This document shows positions 7,468-17,368 of a stretch of 32,000 bases of DNA, piece after piece; positions within the stretch are counted from its first letter, which is position 1, and each line of letters starts with the position of its first letter. The position numbers and the translations under genes are program-made. Below the pieces are notes generated by a model. It made no database searches. It saw only the letters and a list, made by a program, of their open reading frames with translations, and was not told where the DNA came from. This DNA is from Microcystis aeruginosa NIES-843 (lineage in GTDB: Bacteria > Cyanobacteriota > Cyanobacteriia > Cyanobacteriales > Microcystaceae), in contig NC_010296.1 in the NCBI RefSeq assembly GCF_000010625.1, forward strand, positions 1,350,001-1,382,000. The letters run 5' to 3'.

Positions 7468-8763
7468 ATGACTGGGACATTAATCAAAGCCAAAATTCCC
7501 CCTTCTACTCACGAATTCGCCGACATTATCCATCGTTTAGAAGCGGGTGGATCCATGTTGCCGGATACTCCCGAAAACCTGATGCAAATTATCGGCATTT
7601 ATAAAGCTTATGCCGTGCCGATGGATTTTTATTGGCGAGATCTGCTCTATATTGCCGAACGAGTTTTCCTCGATCCTTTGCCCTTTTTTAAATATTTTCT
7701 GCCCCAAGAATACCTAGACCTACAAAATCATTACGCTGGCGATAATGCCGATTTACGCATCTGGCGCGGCACGGGTTCTGCTCACCCTGAATTGTTAGAA
7801 TTCATGGATAAAGGTAAAACCAGAAAAATGCCCAGATTAATCCATCATCTTTGGCATGATCGCATTAATATGGAATTTGCTGAAGCCTGTATGCAAGCCA
7901 TGTTATGGCATGGCCGCGATATGGGTTGGGGTTTATTTGATGCCTATCTTGATTCAGAAGAATATCGCCAAAATGCCGACCGCGCTATTAAGGCCTATTT
8001 CAAGAAAAACCCCGTGATGATGAAACTTTATGACCTGTTCCCCGATATGTTCTTGGAACAGGTGCGGATGATGTCCTACTACTCCAATTTAGGACTATTC
8101 TGGGAAGTGATGGCCCCGGTATTTTTCGAGATGTCTGATATCTACGATGAAGGCGGGTTTAAAGGTGTTCCTGATGCCATGAATTTCCTCGTTAATGGTA
8201 TTTTTGCCATCGCTGGCCGGCCGATTTATCATCACGTTTATATTGATGGTCAATGCTACGAAATTATCCCCAAATCAAAGGCTTTTACTTGGCTTTATGA
8301 AGCGGCTTTACCCTATGTGGAAGCGGTCTTTTATCGTACTGCTCCCTTCCGGGGTACAAAGTCCTATAATGCCCAAGCCAAACAGGTTCCCGACGAACAA
8401 AAAGACTTTCACTATGGCATTCTTTATGCGGATGTTTTCCCCGTGGGTACTGCGGGAATTCCCCCCACGTTGTTAATGGATGATATGTATCATTTTTTAC
8501 CCCAATATCTGATCGATTACTATCAGCAACAATGCCGGGGGCAAGATGATATTTTGATTCAATTGGGGATTAGTTTCCAGCGATCGATGTATAATGTTAC
8601 TTCGGCAGTTATTCAAGCTCTACGCACTGCTTTACTCTATCCCCTCGACGATCCTAATCCCAAACATTTACTCAAAAATCGTCAATTCTTTGAGGCACAA
8701 ATGGACAGATTTAAACGCCCCGAAGCGCGTCTTAGAGATATCCAAAGTCCTAATTATCGTTGA
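7468..8763 (+). CDS. cupA: CO2 hydration protein CupA/ChpY
   Basis: 431-aa soluble protein downstream of ndhF3/ndhD3. ChpXY-family sequence (HRLEAGGSMLPDTPENLMQIIGIYKAYAVP...). Confidence 0.9.
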   Translation: MTGTLIKAKIPPSTHEFADIIHRLEAGGSMLPDTPENLMQIIGIYKAYAVPMDFYWRDLLYIAERVFLDPLPFFKYFLPQEYLDLQNHYAGDNADLRIWRGTGSAHPELLEFMDKGKTRKMPRLIHHLWHDRINMEFAEACMQAMLWHGRDMGWGLFDAYLDSEEYRQNADRAIKAYFKKNPVMMKLYDLFPDMFLEQVRMMSYYSNLGLFWEVMAPVFFEMSDIYDEGGFKGVPDAMNFLVNGIFAIAGRPIYHHVYIDGQCYEIIPKSKAFTWLYEAALPYVEAVFYRTAPFRGTKSYNAQAKQVPDEQKDFHYGILYADVFPVGTAGIPPTLLMDDMYHFLPQYLIDYYQQQCRGQDDILIQLGISFQRSMYNVTSAVIQALRTALLYPLDDPNPKHLLKNRQFFEAQMDRFKRPEARLRDIQSPNYR

Positions 8764-8783
8764 GGTTTTTTGATTATTTTTCT

Positions 8784-8808
8784 GGTGGGTTTATCGCCCA
8801 CCTTTTTT
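8784..8808 (+). terminator. rho-independent terminator of the CO2-uptake operon
   Basis: Stem ggtggg (8784-8789) pairs with cccacc (8797-8802), followed by TTTTTT (8803-8808), 21 bp after the cupA stop. Confidence 0.6.
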
Positions 8809-8845
8809 GATATAATGAGATGACCGACACCCAACCTCAAAAAAG

Positions 8846-9550
8846 ATGACCACTTTTCCCATCATCGACAATAACGAGTTTTGTGCGGATGAGGTAAAAT
8901 TTCCCCCCGGGGATATCTGGAGTGAGGAACCCCCCTTGGAAAGCTACGCTCATTTACAACAAATTCTGATTTTACTTCAGTGTTTAGAATGGTTATGGCA
9001 AGAGCGTAATGATTATTTTGCCGCCGCTAATTTGACCATTTATTATAGTCCTAATCAGAAAAAATCTGAGTATTTTCGCGGACCAGATTTTTTTGTCGTT
9101 TTGGGAACAGAAAGACGCTTAGATCGAAAAAGTTGGGTAGTTTGGGGAGAAGGGGGCAAATATCCCGATGTTATCGTGGAAATTCTGTCTCCTAGTACCG
9201 CCAAAATAGATCGCGGCGAGAAAAAACAAATTTATCAAGATATTTTTCGCACTCCCGATTATTTTTGGTTCGATCCTGAAACCTTAGAATTACAAGGATT
9301 TCGGCTAATGGAAGGGCAATATCAAGCAATTGAACCGACGGACAGGGGTTGGCTATGGAGCGATCTCTTAGGCTTATTTCTGGGTATTTATCAACAACAA
9401 TTACGCTATTTCAATAGGGAGGGTGAATTAATTCCTACCCCCGCAGAAGTGGCTAAACAGGAACGTCAAGAGAAGGTTTTAGCTTTACAACAAATAGAAC
9501 AATTAAAATCTCGCTTACGCGAGTTAGGAGCCGATTTAGAAGGTATTTAG
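8846..9550 (+). CDS. Uma2-family (DUF820) putative endonuclease, second divergent paralog
   Basis: PDFFVVLG...PDVIVEILSPSTAKIDRGEKKQIYQD core, with a coiled-coil-like C-terminus. Confidence 0.8.
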   Translation: MTTFPIIDNNEFCADEVKFPPGDIWSEEPPLESYAHLQQILILLQCLEWLWQERNDYFAAANLTIYYSPNQKKSEYFRGPDFFVVLGTERRLDRKSWVVWGEGGKYPDVIVEILSPSTAKIDRGEKKQIYQDIFRTPDYFWFDPETLELQGFRLMEGQYQAIEPTDRGWLWSDLLGLFLGIYQQQLRYFNREGELIPTPAEVAKQERQEKVLALQQIEQLKSRLRELGADLEGI

Positions 9551-9735
9551 AGCCGTTTTTTTTCAGTGAAAATAGGAATATTTTCCGTAAATTCCCCCAC
9601 CCCTAACACCTCACTCTCCTCTCCCATTTAGATAGTCAACAGCTTAGTATTTTTTGCCTCTTGCCTGACTGGGAGTCACAAGTCTAAGCTAAGAATAGCT
9701 TGCCAACCCGTCCCGACCACCGGATAACTGATAGA

Positions 9736-10491
9736 ATGAATGATTCTAACGCTAATTCTCCCGCTCAATCCTCAGAAGAGACAATAGATGAAACCAATTG
9801 GGTAGATCTGGGGGAAGAGGAGAAACCCCTAGATAAACCCACTGCCAAACCTATCCAACCATCTCCTCTCAAGTCTATCGCTACCCTGATCACGGTGGAG
9901 ACGGCTTTTTTGGCCAGTGCTACCAGTTTAATCTGGTTAATTGACTATTATTTTCCCCTCGGACCGTTATTAAGGGTTTTCTTCCCGATTCCTATCGCTT
10001 TAGCCTATTTACGTTGGGGCGCTCGTTGTGCTTCCATGACAGCATTAGTTTCCAGTTTACTTTTGTCGGTGTTAATGGGACCGACTCGCAGTATCGTCTT
10101 TTTGATTCCCCACGGCTTGATGGGGTTACAATTGGGGCTATGCTGGCGCCGGGGTGCGCGCTGGGAATTTTCTATCTTGACTGGGGGACTGTTGGGTGCT
10201 TTTGGTTTCTTCTTTCGTTTTTGGCTGTTTTCAATTCTTTTAGGCGAAAATCTCTGGTTATATGTGATTACCCAAGCGACTAATTTTATCGATTGGATTT
10301 TCACCCAGTTAGGGATTCTCGCTAAACCGACGCTGCTGCAAGTGCAATCGATAGCAGTTGTGGGCATATTTGTCAATAGTTTATTATACTTATTTGCCGT
10401 GCATTTAGTGGCGTTATTAGTTCTTGATCGCCTCGGTAATCCGATTTCTCGTCCGCCCAAATGGGTGCAGGTCATACTAGATTATGAGTGA
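9736..10491 (+). CDS. conserved multi-pass membrane protein (DUF2232-like)
   Basis: Acidic N-terminus followed by at least 5 hydrophobic helices. The ATG at 9736 is preferred over the TTG at 9700. The family assignment is from memory and tentative. Confidence 0.5.
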   Translation: MNDSNANSPAQSSEETIDETNWVDLGEEEKPLDKPTAKPIQPSPLKSIATLITVETAFLASATSLIWLIDYYFPLGPLLRVFFPIPIALAYLRWGARCASMTALVSSLLLSVLMGPTRSIVFLIPHGLMGLQLGLCWRRGARWEFSILTGGLLGAFGFFFRFWLFSILLGENLWLYVITQATNFIDWIFTQLGILAKPTLLQVQSIAVVGIFVNSLLYLFAVHLVALLVLDRLGNPISRPPKWVQVILDYE

Positions 10492-12001
10492 TTATTTAGC
10501 GCTTTATCGTCAGTATCTCCAGTCAATTAATCCGGCACTGGATGGAGAGTTTTTAATCGCAGAAAATCTATCTACTAATTGGGATGAACCAGAAACGGCT
10601 TTAGATTTTCATAACTGTGCGGTGATGGCTTTAATTGAAGCGGAAAATTCCCCAATGCGATCGATGTATGTGGAGATGGCTTTTCAATCTCTGCAAAGAG
10701 TCCTAGAAATGGCGGTTTATCCCCTTGCTACTGCCCATTTAGCTCTAGTTTATTATCTAGTAGGCGATCGAGATTTAGCGGCACAAAATGCTTTTAATGC
10801 TTTAGTCCAAGTGCTATCATCGGTGAATGCTAATTATCCCCCGGGGTTAATTTATTATTTTCCTGCCCATAACCGACAGGAGTTATTAAGGGATTTATTG
10901 GAAACCGCTAATTATAGCGAGCAGACCTTGTTTTTATCTACAGAAATATTATATCGCTCATCCCTGGCTTTTTATAATCAAAATGGGGTAAGATTTTTGG
11001 AATTAGCTAATCATGTTAACCCCAATTCTTGTCATCTCAATCGTCAATTAGGTATCGCCAAATTAATTAATCAACAGCTAGAAGGTTTATTTAATCTCCA
11101 TCGCGCCGTTAATCTCGATCCGGAAGATGCTGACAATTTGCAAGCTCTTTATTTAGCCTATCGGGGATTAGGACAACAACAATTAGCTAATTTTTGGTTA
11201 GAAACAGCGAAAGTAACGGGGAAAAGTTGGACAAATTTAGATATAAATCAGCCCTTTACCTATCTCGATTTTGATCGGGATATTACCCTAGCTGTAGAAG
11301 CAAGTTTTCGCAGTTTTGTCACGGGAGTTTTACTCGCCCAAGGGGATTGGTTTGAAGCAGAAATGGAATTTTGGCGCCATAGTATTAGGGAAGGAATGAC
11401 GGTTATTGATGTGGGGGCAAATGCCGGAGTTTATACTTTTAGTGCCGCTCATCGAGTCGGAAAAACGGGAAAAGTTATCGCTATCGAACCTTTTTCCCAA
11501 TGTATCCAGTTGCTAGAAGAAACCTGTCGGGTTAATCAATTTTCTTGGGTTTATCCCTGTCGAGGAGCAGCCAGTAATCAAGGGGGAAATGTTTATTTAT
11601 CCCTGTATCAAGCTAGTGAATTAAATGAAGTCGTTACCGATGCAGCCCAATTAAAGTCAGACAATTACGAACCAGTTCCCTGTTTTACCCTCGATAGTTT
11701 AATTGATACCTATCAGTTAGAAAGGGTGGATTTACTCAAAATTGATGCGGAAGGCCACGAAGTACCGGTTTTAGAAGGTAGTCAACTTTTAATTGAGCGT
11801 TTTGCCCCGATTATTCTCTACGAAAATATTGCCGCTAATCAAGGCAGTAATTTAGCTGTGGCCCGATGGTTAGAGGGGAAAGGTTATCGACTATACCGTT
11901 ATCGTCCCTACCTGCAAGAATTGCTAGAAATCGAGTCAGAAGCCGATTTACAGGGAATTTTGAACGTTATCGCCTTGCCTGAACGGGAATTAAGGGATTA
12001 A
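10484..12001 (+). CDS. FkbM-family methyltransferase with an N-terminal TPR-like helical domain
   Basis: VIDVGANAGVYTF (SAM motif I) and LLKIDAEGHEVPVLEG are typical of FkbM. The ATG overlaps the upstream stop by 8 bp (atgagtga). Confidence 0.75.
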   Translation: MSDYLALYRQYLQSINPALDGEFLIAENLSTNWDEPETALDFHNCAVMALIEAENSPMRSMYVEMAFQSLQRVLEMAVYPLATAHLALVYYLVGDRDLAAQNAFNALVQVLSSVNANYPPGLIYYFPAHNRQELLRDLLETANYSEQTLFLSTEILYRSSLAFYNQNGVRFLELANHVNPNSCHLNRQLGIAKLINQQLEGLFNLHRAVNLDPEDADNLQALYLAYRGLGQQQLANFWLETAKVTGKSWTNLDINQPFTYLDFDRDITLAVEASFRSFVTGVLLAQGDWFEAEMEFWRHSIREGMTVIDVGANAGVYTFSAAHRVGKTGKVIAIEPFSQCIQLLEETCRVNQFSWVYPCRGAASNQGGNVYLSLYQASELNEVVTDAAQLKSDNYEPVPCFTLDSLIDTYQLERVDLLKIDAEGHEVPVLEGSQLLIERFAPIILYENIAANQGSNLAVARWLEGKGYRLYRYRPYLQELLEIESEADLQGILNVIALPERELRD

Positions 12002-12100
12002 GGAAACCGTCAATCCGGTCATCTCATGAATAATCCTAGCTGGACTAGCGGGTTAATTAATTCTTTAGAAAGCCAAAAGGAGATAAAAAGAAAATTTTAG

Positions 12101-12130
12101 CCTAAAAAGTCAGCTATATAGCTTTTTAGG
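12101..12130 (+). terminator. candidate terminator after the FkbM gene
   Basis: 9-bp A/U-rich stem, cctaaaaag pairing with ctttttagg, 12-nt loop, followed by tctattttatt. Confidence 0.35.
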
Positions 12131-12709
12131 TCTATTTTATTGCCTATCATTGCTCCTGAATCCTGAATTCTAGCTATTGACTCCTTTCTTGCCCCGAAAA
12201 ATTTATCTTGGTCAGGGGATCATCGTCTTGTCAGAGAGTGACCGAGTGAGTTATAGTCGTCTATAAGACTCGATTAAAGCATTTCTTAAAAGAATCGTGG
12301 TTTTTGGAAAATCGAAAAGTGCGCTATTTTCCCTTCCACAGAAACCCGTTGCCGAGGGGAGTAACTCAAAAACTCCTTTTTTCCTAGATTCTGATAGACA
12401 GAACCGGCGGAAACGGATAAAAAATGCTGTTATCGAGCAAGACTCAGGGATTAATTGAAAATCTCGTCTCCTGGCTGTGCTTACCTAATTGTGGGTCAAG
12501 CCGGCAGTTGCCAAACAGACTTAACAACTGAAACCAAGACTCAGTTCCCACGTCTGAGAGGCAGATGAACATCAAGATGAGGCTTTAACGATGCGGACTC
12601 ATCTTCTTAGAACTTTCTTAACAAGACCAGATTTCCAGAAGTAGCCTCAAAGCATAGACAAATAGCCCATGGTCCGTCGCTTTTGAAACCGAAAGATTGA
12701 GGAAATTGA
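12131..12709 (+). promoter_or_regulatory. long non-coding leader / promoter region of rne
   Basis: No ORF of 60 aa or more on either strand. Stem-loops at 12357-12382 (ggagt/actcc plus T6) and 12574-12605 (aagatgag/ctcatctt). GAGGA RBS before the ATG at 12710. Confidence 0.4.
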
Positions 12710-14869
12710 ATGCCAAAACAAATAATCATAGCCGAACAACACCATATAGCGGCTGTTTTTTGGGAAGATCAAATTCAGGAATTAGTTGTAGCCACAGGTA
12801 ATCAGCAGGTGGCCGACATCTATCTAGGATTAGTAGAAAATGTCATCCCCGGGATAGATGCAGCCTTTGTCAATATTGGCGATGCGGAACGCAATGGCTT
12901 TATCCATGTCACCGACCTGGGTCCCTTAAGACTGAAAAAAACCGCCGGTGCTATCACGGAATTACTGGCCCCCCAGCAAAAAGTGCTGGTACAGGTAATG
13001 AAGGAACCCACTGGCAACAAGGGACCGCGGCTAACGGGAAATGTCACTCTCCCTGGTCGTTATCTGGTATTGATGCCCAATGGTCGCGGGGTGAATCTTT
13101 CCCGTCGCATCCGCAGTGAAGACGAGCGCTCCCGTTTACGAGCTTTAGCGATTTTGGTCAAACCGGCGGGGATGGGGTTGCTGGTACGCACCGAGGCCGA
13201 AGGCAAAGCGGAAGAGGCGATTATCGAGGATTTGGAATTTCTGCAAAAACAGTGGGAGAGCATCCAACAGATGGCCGTCAGCACCAGGGCCCCGGCCCTG
13301 CTTAACCGCGATGATGACTTTATTCAAAGGGTTTTGCGGGATATGTACAGTGCCGATGTCAATCGCATTGTTGTGGATAACCCGGTGGCGGTAAAACGAG
13401 TTAAACAGCAATTGACGAACTGGGGCGGCGGCAAAGCTCTCGAAGGGGTTTATATCGACTCCCATCGGGAAACCCAGCCAATTCTCGACTATTTCCGGGT
13501 TAACGCTGCCATTCGCGAGGCCCTCAAACCCCGGGTTGATTTACCCTCCGGCGGCTACATTATCATCGAACCGACGGAAGCTTTAACGGTAATTGATGTT
13601 AACTCCGGTTCCTTTACCCGTTCGGCCACGGCCCGAGAAACCGTACTCTGGACTAATAGCGAGGCCGCCACAGAAATCGCCCGACAACTGCGCTTGAGAA
13701 ATATCGGCGGTGTGGTGGTGGTGGACTTCATCGATATGGATTCCCGTCGCGACCAGTTGAAACTGCTGGAATTGTTTAATAAGGCCCTGAAAAGCGATAA
13801 GGCCCGGCCCCAGATTGCCCAATTATCGGAATTGGGGTTAGTGGAATTAACTCGTAAGCGTCAGGGGAAAAACATTTATGAATTATTCGGCAAAACCTGT
13901 GACCATTGCGGCGGACTGGGCCATTTAGCCCATCTACCCGGAGAAGGCAACGCCATCGCCCTAGAAACCCCCACCGTTAGCCGCGCGGAAAAAGAAACCT
14001 TTATCGTCGCTCCGACTAATACAAAAGTTCTACCCGATAAGAGCGCTCCTAGCGTTGCGGCGGCCGAACCCTATCTAGAAGTTTTCTCCGAATTTGAGGC
14101 CGAAGAAAACGCCCAAGGGATGGATCTTTCCTTCCATCCCAACTATCAAGAACAGGTTAATAATTCTCGCCGTCGCCGTCGCCGTCGTCCCTCGGAACTG
14201 TTACTAAAAGAGGAACGGAGCGAAAAAGCCTCTACTAACGGTGTTAACAACGAAATCGAGCCGGAATCAGAACCCCAACGCTTTGAGGAAAAACGAGAAC
14301 GCCCCGCCCGTCTCTCGAAACGGGGAGAAGATGCCAGCGCCGCCAAAAATATCCCCGTCAGCGAACGGGAGCGGGTTTCCGTGGAAATGACCCCGGTAGA
14401 ACAGGAAGTTTATTCTTTAATGGGCATTTCTCCCCTGATTCTGGTGGATAAGGAGTTTAAAGACCCGAAATCGGTGATTGTTTCCGTGAAACTGGCAGGG
14501 GAAAGAGAAGCGGAAAACCCAGAAATGCCTGTTACTCCTGAAATATCCTTGACTCCTACCCTAGAAGTCGAGGACACCCCGGTAGAAGCGACGGAAACCG
14601 GCGAGGAAGCCGAAAATCGTTCCTTGGTGCGCCGTCGTCGTCGTTCCACCACTAGCGAAGTTAGTCAGGAAATCAACCAAGAAGCTAGTCCACCAGTGAC
14701 TTTTACGCCCGAACCGATTACGACCGAAACTCCAGTTTTTCTGGGCGAAGTCATTCCTTTAGAGACCCCGGTGAGCGCCGAGGTGACAGAGGAGCCACAA
14801 CTAGAGGCTGAAACCGCGGTGCTGCGTCGTCGTCGTCGTCGTTCCTCCGCCACTGTCGATGAGTCATGA
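12710..14869 (+). CDS. rne: ribonuclease E
   Basis: MPKQIIIAEQHHIAAVF S1 domain plus catalytic N-terminal half. The C-terminal half is disordered and acidic with three Arg blocks, including the terminal RRRRRRSSA (14825-14851) reported as the PNPase-binding nonapeptide of cyanobacterial RNase E. Confidence 0.92.
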   Translation: MPKQIIIAEQHHIAAVFWEDQIQELVVATGNQQVADIYLGLVENVIPGIDAAFVNIGDAERNGFIHVTDLGPLRLKKTAGAITELLAPQQKVLVQVMKEPTGNKGPRLTGNVTLPGRYLVLMPNGRGVNLSRRIRSEDERSRLRALAILVKPAGMGLLVRTEAEGKAEEAIIEDLEFLQKQWESIQQMAVSTRAPALLNRDDDFIQRVLRDMYSADVNRIVVDNPVAVKRVKQQLTNWGGGKALEGVYIDSHRETQPILDYFRVNAAIREALKPRVDLPSGGYIIIEPTEALTVIDVNSGSFTRSATARETVLWTNSEAATEIARQLRLRNIGGVVVVDFIDMDSRRDQLKLLELFNKALKSDKARPQIAQLSELGLVELTRKRQGKNIYELFGKTCDHCGGLGHLAHLPGEGNAIALETPTVSRAEKETFIVAPTNTKVLPDKSAPSVAAAEPYLEVFSEFEAEENAQGMDLSFHPNYQEQVNNSRRRRRRRPSELLLKEERSEKASTNGVNNEIEPESEPQRFEEKRERPARLSKRGEDASAAKNIPVSERERVSVEMTPVEQEVYSLMGISPLILVDKEFKDPKSVIVSVKLAGEREAENPEMPVTPEISLTPTLEVEDTPVEATETGEEAENRSLVRRRRRSTTSEVSQEINQEASPPVTFTPEPITTETPVFLGEVIPLETPVSAEVTEEPQLEAETAVLRRRRRRSSATVDES

Positions 14870-15492
14870 GCGCAGAACCCTTAATTGCCGGTGTCGATGA
14901 GGTGGGGCGCGGGGCTTTATTTGGCCCCGTGGTGGCGGCGGTAGTGGTCACTGTCCCCTCTGGTTTTGCACGGCTGTGGGAGTTGGGGGTGAAGGATAGT
15001 AAGCAACTTAGCCCCCAAAAACGGCAAAAGTTGAGCCGGCAAATACAACGGGATTTTGTTTGTCGCATCGGTTATGCTACGGTGAAAGAGATCGATCGCT
15101 TGAATATTTTTCATGCCTCCCTACTGGCGATGAGCAGAGCTATCGGGAAATTACCCCTTTCCCCCAGTCTCTGCTGGGTCGATGGCAAGCACATTATTAA
15201 AGATTTGTCAATCCCCCAAAAGGCGGTAATTCAGGGAGATCAACAATCCCCGGTAATTGCGGCGGCTAGTATCGTGGCCAAAGTCTGGCGCGATGACTTA
15301 ATTACTCGTTGGCACAGACGCTATCCCGATTATGGACTCGCTCGTCACAAGGGTTATGGCACTGCTCAACACCTAGAAGCGATTGGCAACTATGGACTTA
15401 CTTCTCAGCACCGGCTCTCTTTTAGTCCCTGCCAACCGCGGTTGGAGCATGACTGCCGAACAATTTGCCCAAGGGTTATCGAAATTTCTTGA
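14866..15492 (+). CDS. rnhB: ribonuclease HII
   Basis: IAGVDEVGRGALFGPVVAA active-site motif. ATGA overlap with the rne stop. Confidence 0.9.
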   Translation: MSAEPLIAGVDEVGRGALFGPVVAAVVVTVPSGFARLWELGVKDSKQLSPQKRQKLSRQIQRDFVCRIGYATVKEIDRLNIFHASLLAMSRAIGKLPLSPSLCWVDGKHIIKDLSIPQKAVIQGDQQSPVIAAASIVAKVWRDDLITRWHRRYPDYGLARHKGYGTAQHLEAIGNYGLTSQHRLSFSPCQPRLEHDCRTICPRVIEIS

Positions 15493-15508
15493 CCGATAGC
15501 CAAAAAAT

Positions 15509-15537
15509 TCCCCTTTTTACCAGAAATAAAAAGGGGA
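15509..15537. terminator. bidirectional terminator between the convergent rnhB and gnd genes
   Basis: Perfect 10-bp stem, tccccttttt pairing with aaaaagggga, 9-nt loop. A/T runs on both sides. Confidence 0.6.
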
Positions 15538-15554
15538 GAAGATATTAGATAGCT

Positions 15555-16982
15555 TTACGATTCAGCCATCCATTCCGTATGGAAAAACTCACCTCTGGGT
15601 TTATCGGTACGTTCATAGGTATGAGCGCCAAAATAATCCCGTTGTGCTTGGGTGAGATTTTGCGGTAAATTGGCCCGACGATAACTATCAAAATAGTCCA
15701 AAGAAGAACTAAAAGCCGGGACGGGAATTCCCAACTTATTAGCCAAGACTAACACCTCACGCCATGCTTCTTGGCGATCGAGGATACTTTGCTTAAATTC
15801 CGGTGCTAACAACAAATTCGGCAGGCCCGGATTTTCCGCAAAAGCTTTGCGAATTTTATCCAAGAAACCGGCCCGAATAATACAGCCGCCCTTCCAGATC
15901 CGGGCTGATTCCGGCAGACTGATATTATATTTAAACTCCTGAGAAGCTTTAGCGATTAAGGCCATACCCTGGGCATAGGAACACATTTTCGAGCAGTAAA
16001 GGGCATCACCCACCTTATTCACAAATAGTGCCGCATCCCCCGGATAGGTTTCCCCAGGTCCGGGTAACTCTTTGGCGGCTGCCACCCGTTCATCCTTATA
16101 AGCGGACATCACGCGAGCATTAACCGCAGCATAAATAGTCGGAATTGACACCCCCAACTCCAAGGAACTTAACACGGTCCAGCGTCCGGTTCCCTTTTGT
16201 CCCGCCGAATCCAAGATTAAATCTACCAAATGATGACCGGTTTCTGGGTCAACATACTTAAAGATATCGGCGGTAATTTCAATTAAATAAGAATTAAGCT
16301 CATCGGTGCGATTCCACTCGGCGAAAGTTTCATGTAACTGCTGATTGCTTAGTCCTAGACCATTTTTCAGCACATCGTAGGCTTCAGCAATTAACTGCAT
16401 ATCGCCGTACTCGATGCCATTGTGAACCATTTTCACATAATGGCCCGCACCCCCGGGTCCCACGTAGGTGACACAGGGACCATCATCGACTTGGGCGGCA
16501 ATTTTGGTTAAAATCGGCTCTAATTCCCGATAGGCGAACTCTGTACCCCCCGGCATCAGGGAAGGACCGTGCAGAGCACCTTCTTCGCCACCACTGACCC
16601 CCATACCGACAAAACCGAGTTTAGTGGTCGATTCTAGGTCGCGGGTGCGTCTTTCTGTGTCCTCGTAGAGGGAGTTACCGCCATCGATAATCATATCTCC
16701 TTCTTCGAGAAGGGGTTTTAATTGTTCAATCACGGCATCCACCGGCGGGCCAGCTTTTACCATGACCAGAATTTTGCGGGGACGCTCTAAAATTTGGACG
16801 AATTCTTCTAAACTATAGGCCGCCTTGACATCCTTGCCGACGGCGCGAGTTTCCATAAATTCTTTAGTTTTGCTGGCGGTGCGATTGTAAACAGCTATAG
16901 GAAAACCCCGACTCTCCACATTGAGAGCGAGATTTTCTCCCATGACAGCTAGTCCGATAACACCGAAGGTACGTTTAGTCAT
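15555..16982 (-). CDS. gnd: 6-phosphogluconate dehydrogenase, decarboxylating
   Basis: 475 aa. GVIGLAVMGENLALN Rossmann motif and the canonical Gnd sequence throughout. Confidence 0.95.
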   Translation of the reverse strand: MTKRTFGVIGLAVMGENLALNVESRGFPIAVYNRTASKTKEFMETRAVGKDVKAAYSLEEFVQILERPRKILVMVKAGPPVDAVIEQLKPLLEEGDMIIDGGNSLYEDTERRTRDLESTTKLGFVGMGVSGGEEGALHGPSLMPGGTEFAYRELEPILTKIAAQVDDGPCVTYVGPGGAGHYVKMVHNGIEYGDMQLIAEAYDVLKNGLGLSNQQLHETFAEWNRTDELNSYLIEITADIFKYVDPETGHHLVDLILDSAGQKGTGRWTVLSSLELGVSIPTIYAAVNARVMSAYKDERVAAAKELPGPGETYPGDAALFVNKVGDALYCSKMCSYAQGMALIAKASQEFKYNISLPESARIWKGGCIIRAGFLDKIRKAFAENPGLPNLLLAPEFKQSILDRQEAWREVLVLANKLGIPVPAFSSSLDYFDSYRRANLPQNLTQAQRDYFGAHTYERTDKPRGEFFHTEWMAES

Positions 16983-17076
16983 AGAAATTCAGTCTCGGCT
17001 GATGCGTTCTTCTTCCCCTTTTAGCGCCTACTTTCCCTAAGATAGCTAAACTTTCCCTATTTCTTAAGCCTTGACT

Positions 17077-17117
17077 AATCAGTGATCAGTGATCAGTGAT
17101 CAGTAATCAGTGATCAG
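17077..17117. repeat. heptanucleotide tandem array (GATCAGT/AATCAGT), 5 units plus a partial
   Basis: Direct reading, about 95 bp upstream of the gnd start in the divergent intergenic region. Confidence 0.9.
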
Positions 17118-17368
17118 ATTTGGGTTTTCAGTGAGCAGCATTAAGTGAGGAGTGTTACAGCGTTTCTCCTCAAGATGAAGTGTAACCTAATTTGGTATCA
17201 TCCCCTGACGACTGGCTACTGTTGCCCGTTCCCTAAAACCAGAGACTTCCTACCTCACCATTAAGATAACTGCTATAAATGGCATTCACTGATGACTGAA
17301 AAACCCCCAAGCGCAGAAAAATTAATGGTAATGTTAAATTAAATTAAGAAAATCCTCATTCTTCTTAT

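Noticed and set aside
9267-9276. tRNA T-arm-like ggttcgatcc motif.
   Set aside because: It lies inside the Uma2 coding frame with no acceptor or anticodon stems around it. No tRNA or rRNA gene is evident anywhere in the window.
873-9550. The two inverted Uma2 genes as the arms of a composite mobile unit carrying the CO2-uptake operon.
   Set aside because: The two proteins are highly divergent beyond the family core, so they share no nucleotide-level repeats that could mediate transposition or inversion. Uma2 genes are simply very abundant in cyanobacteria.
12820-15114. Nine antisense or nested track ORFs inside rne/rnhB (12820-13047, 13060-13284, 13145-13465, 13583-13822, 14146-14346, 14410-14652, 14665-14853, 14751-15068, 14917-15114).
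   Set aside because: All lie opposite a strongly supported rne/rnhB reading frame. They are low-complexity (Arg/Ser/Pro-rich mirror images of the CGT/GAA-rich sense codons) and lack RBSs.
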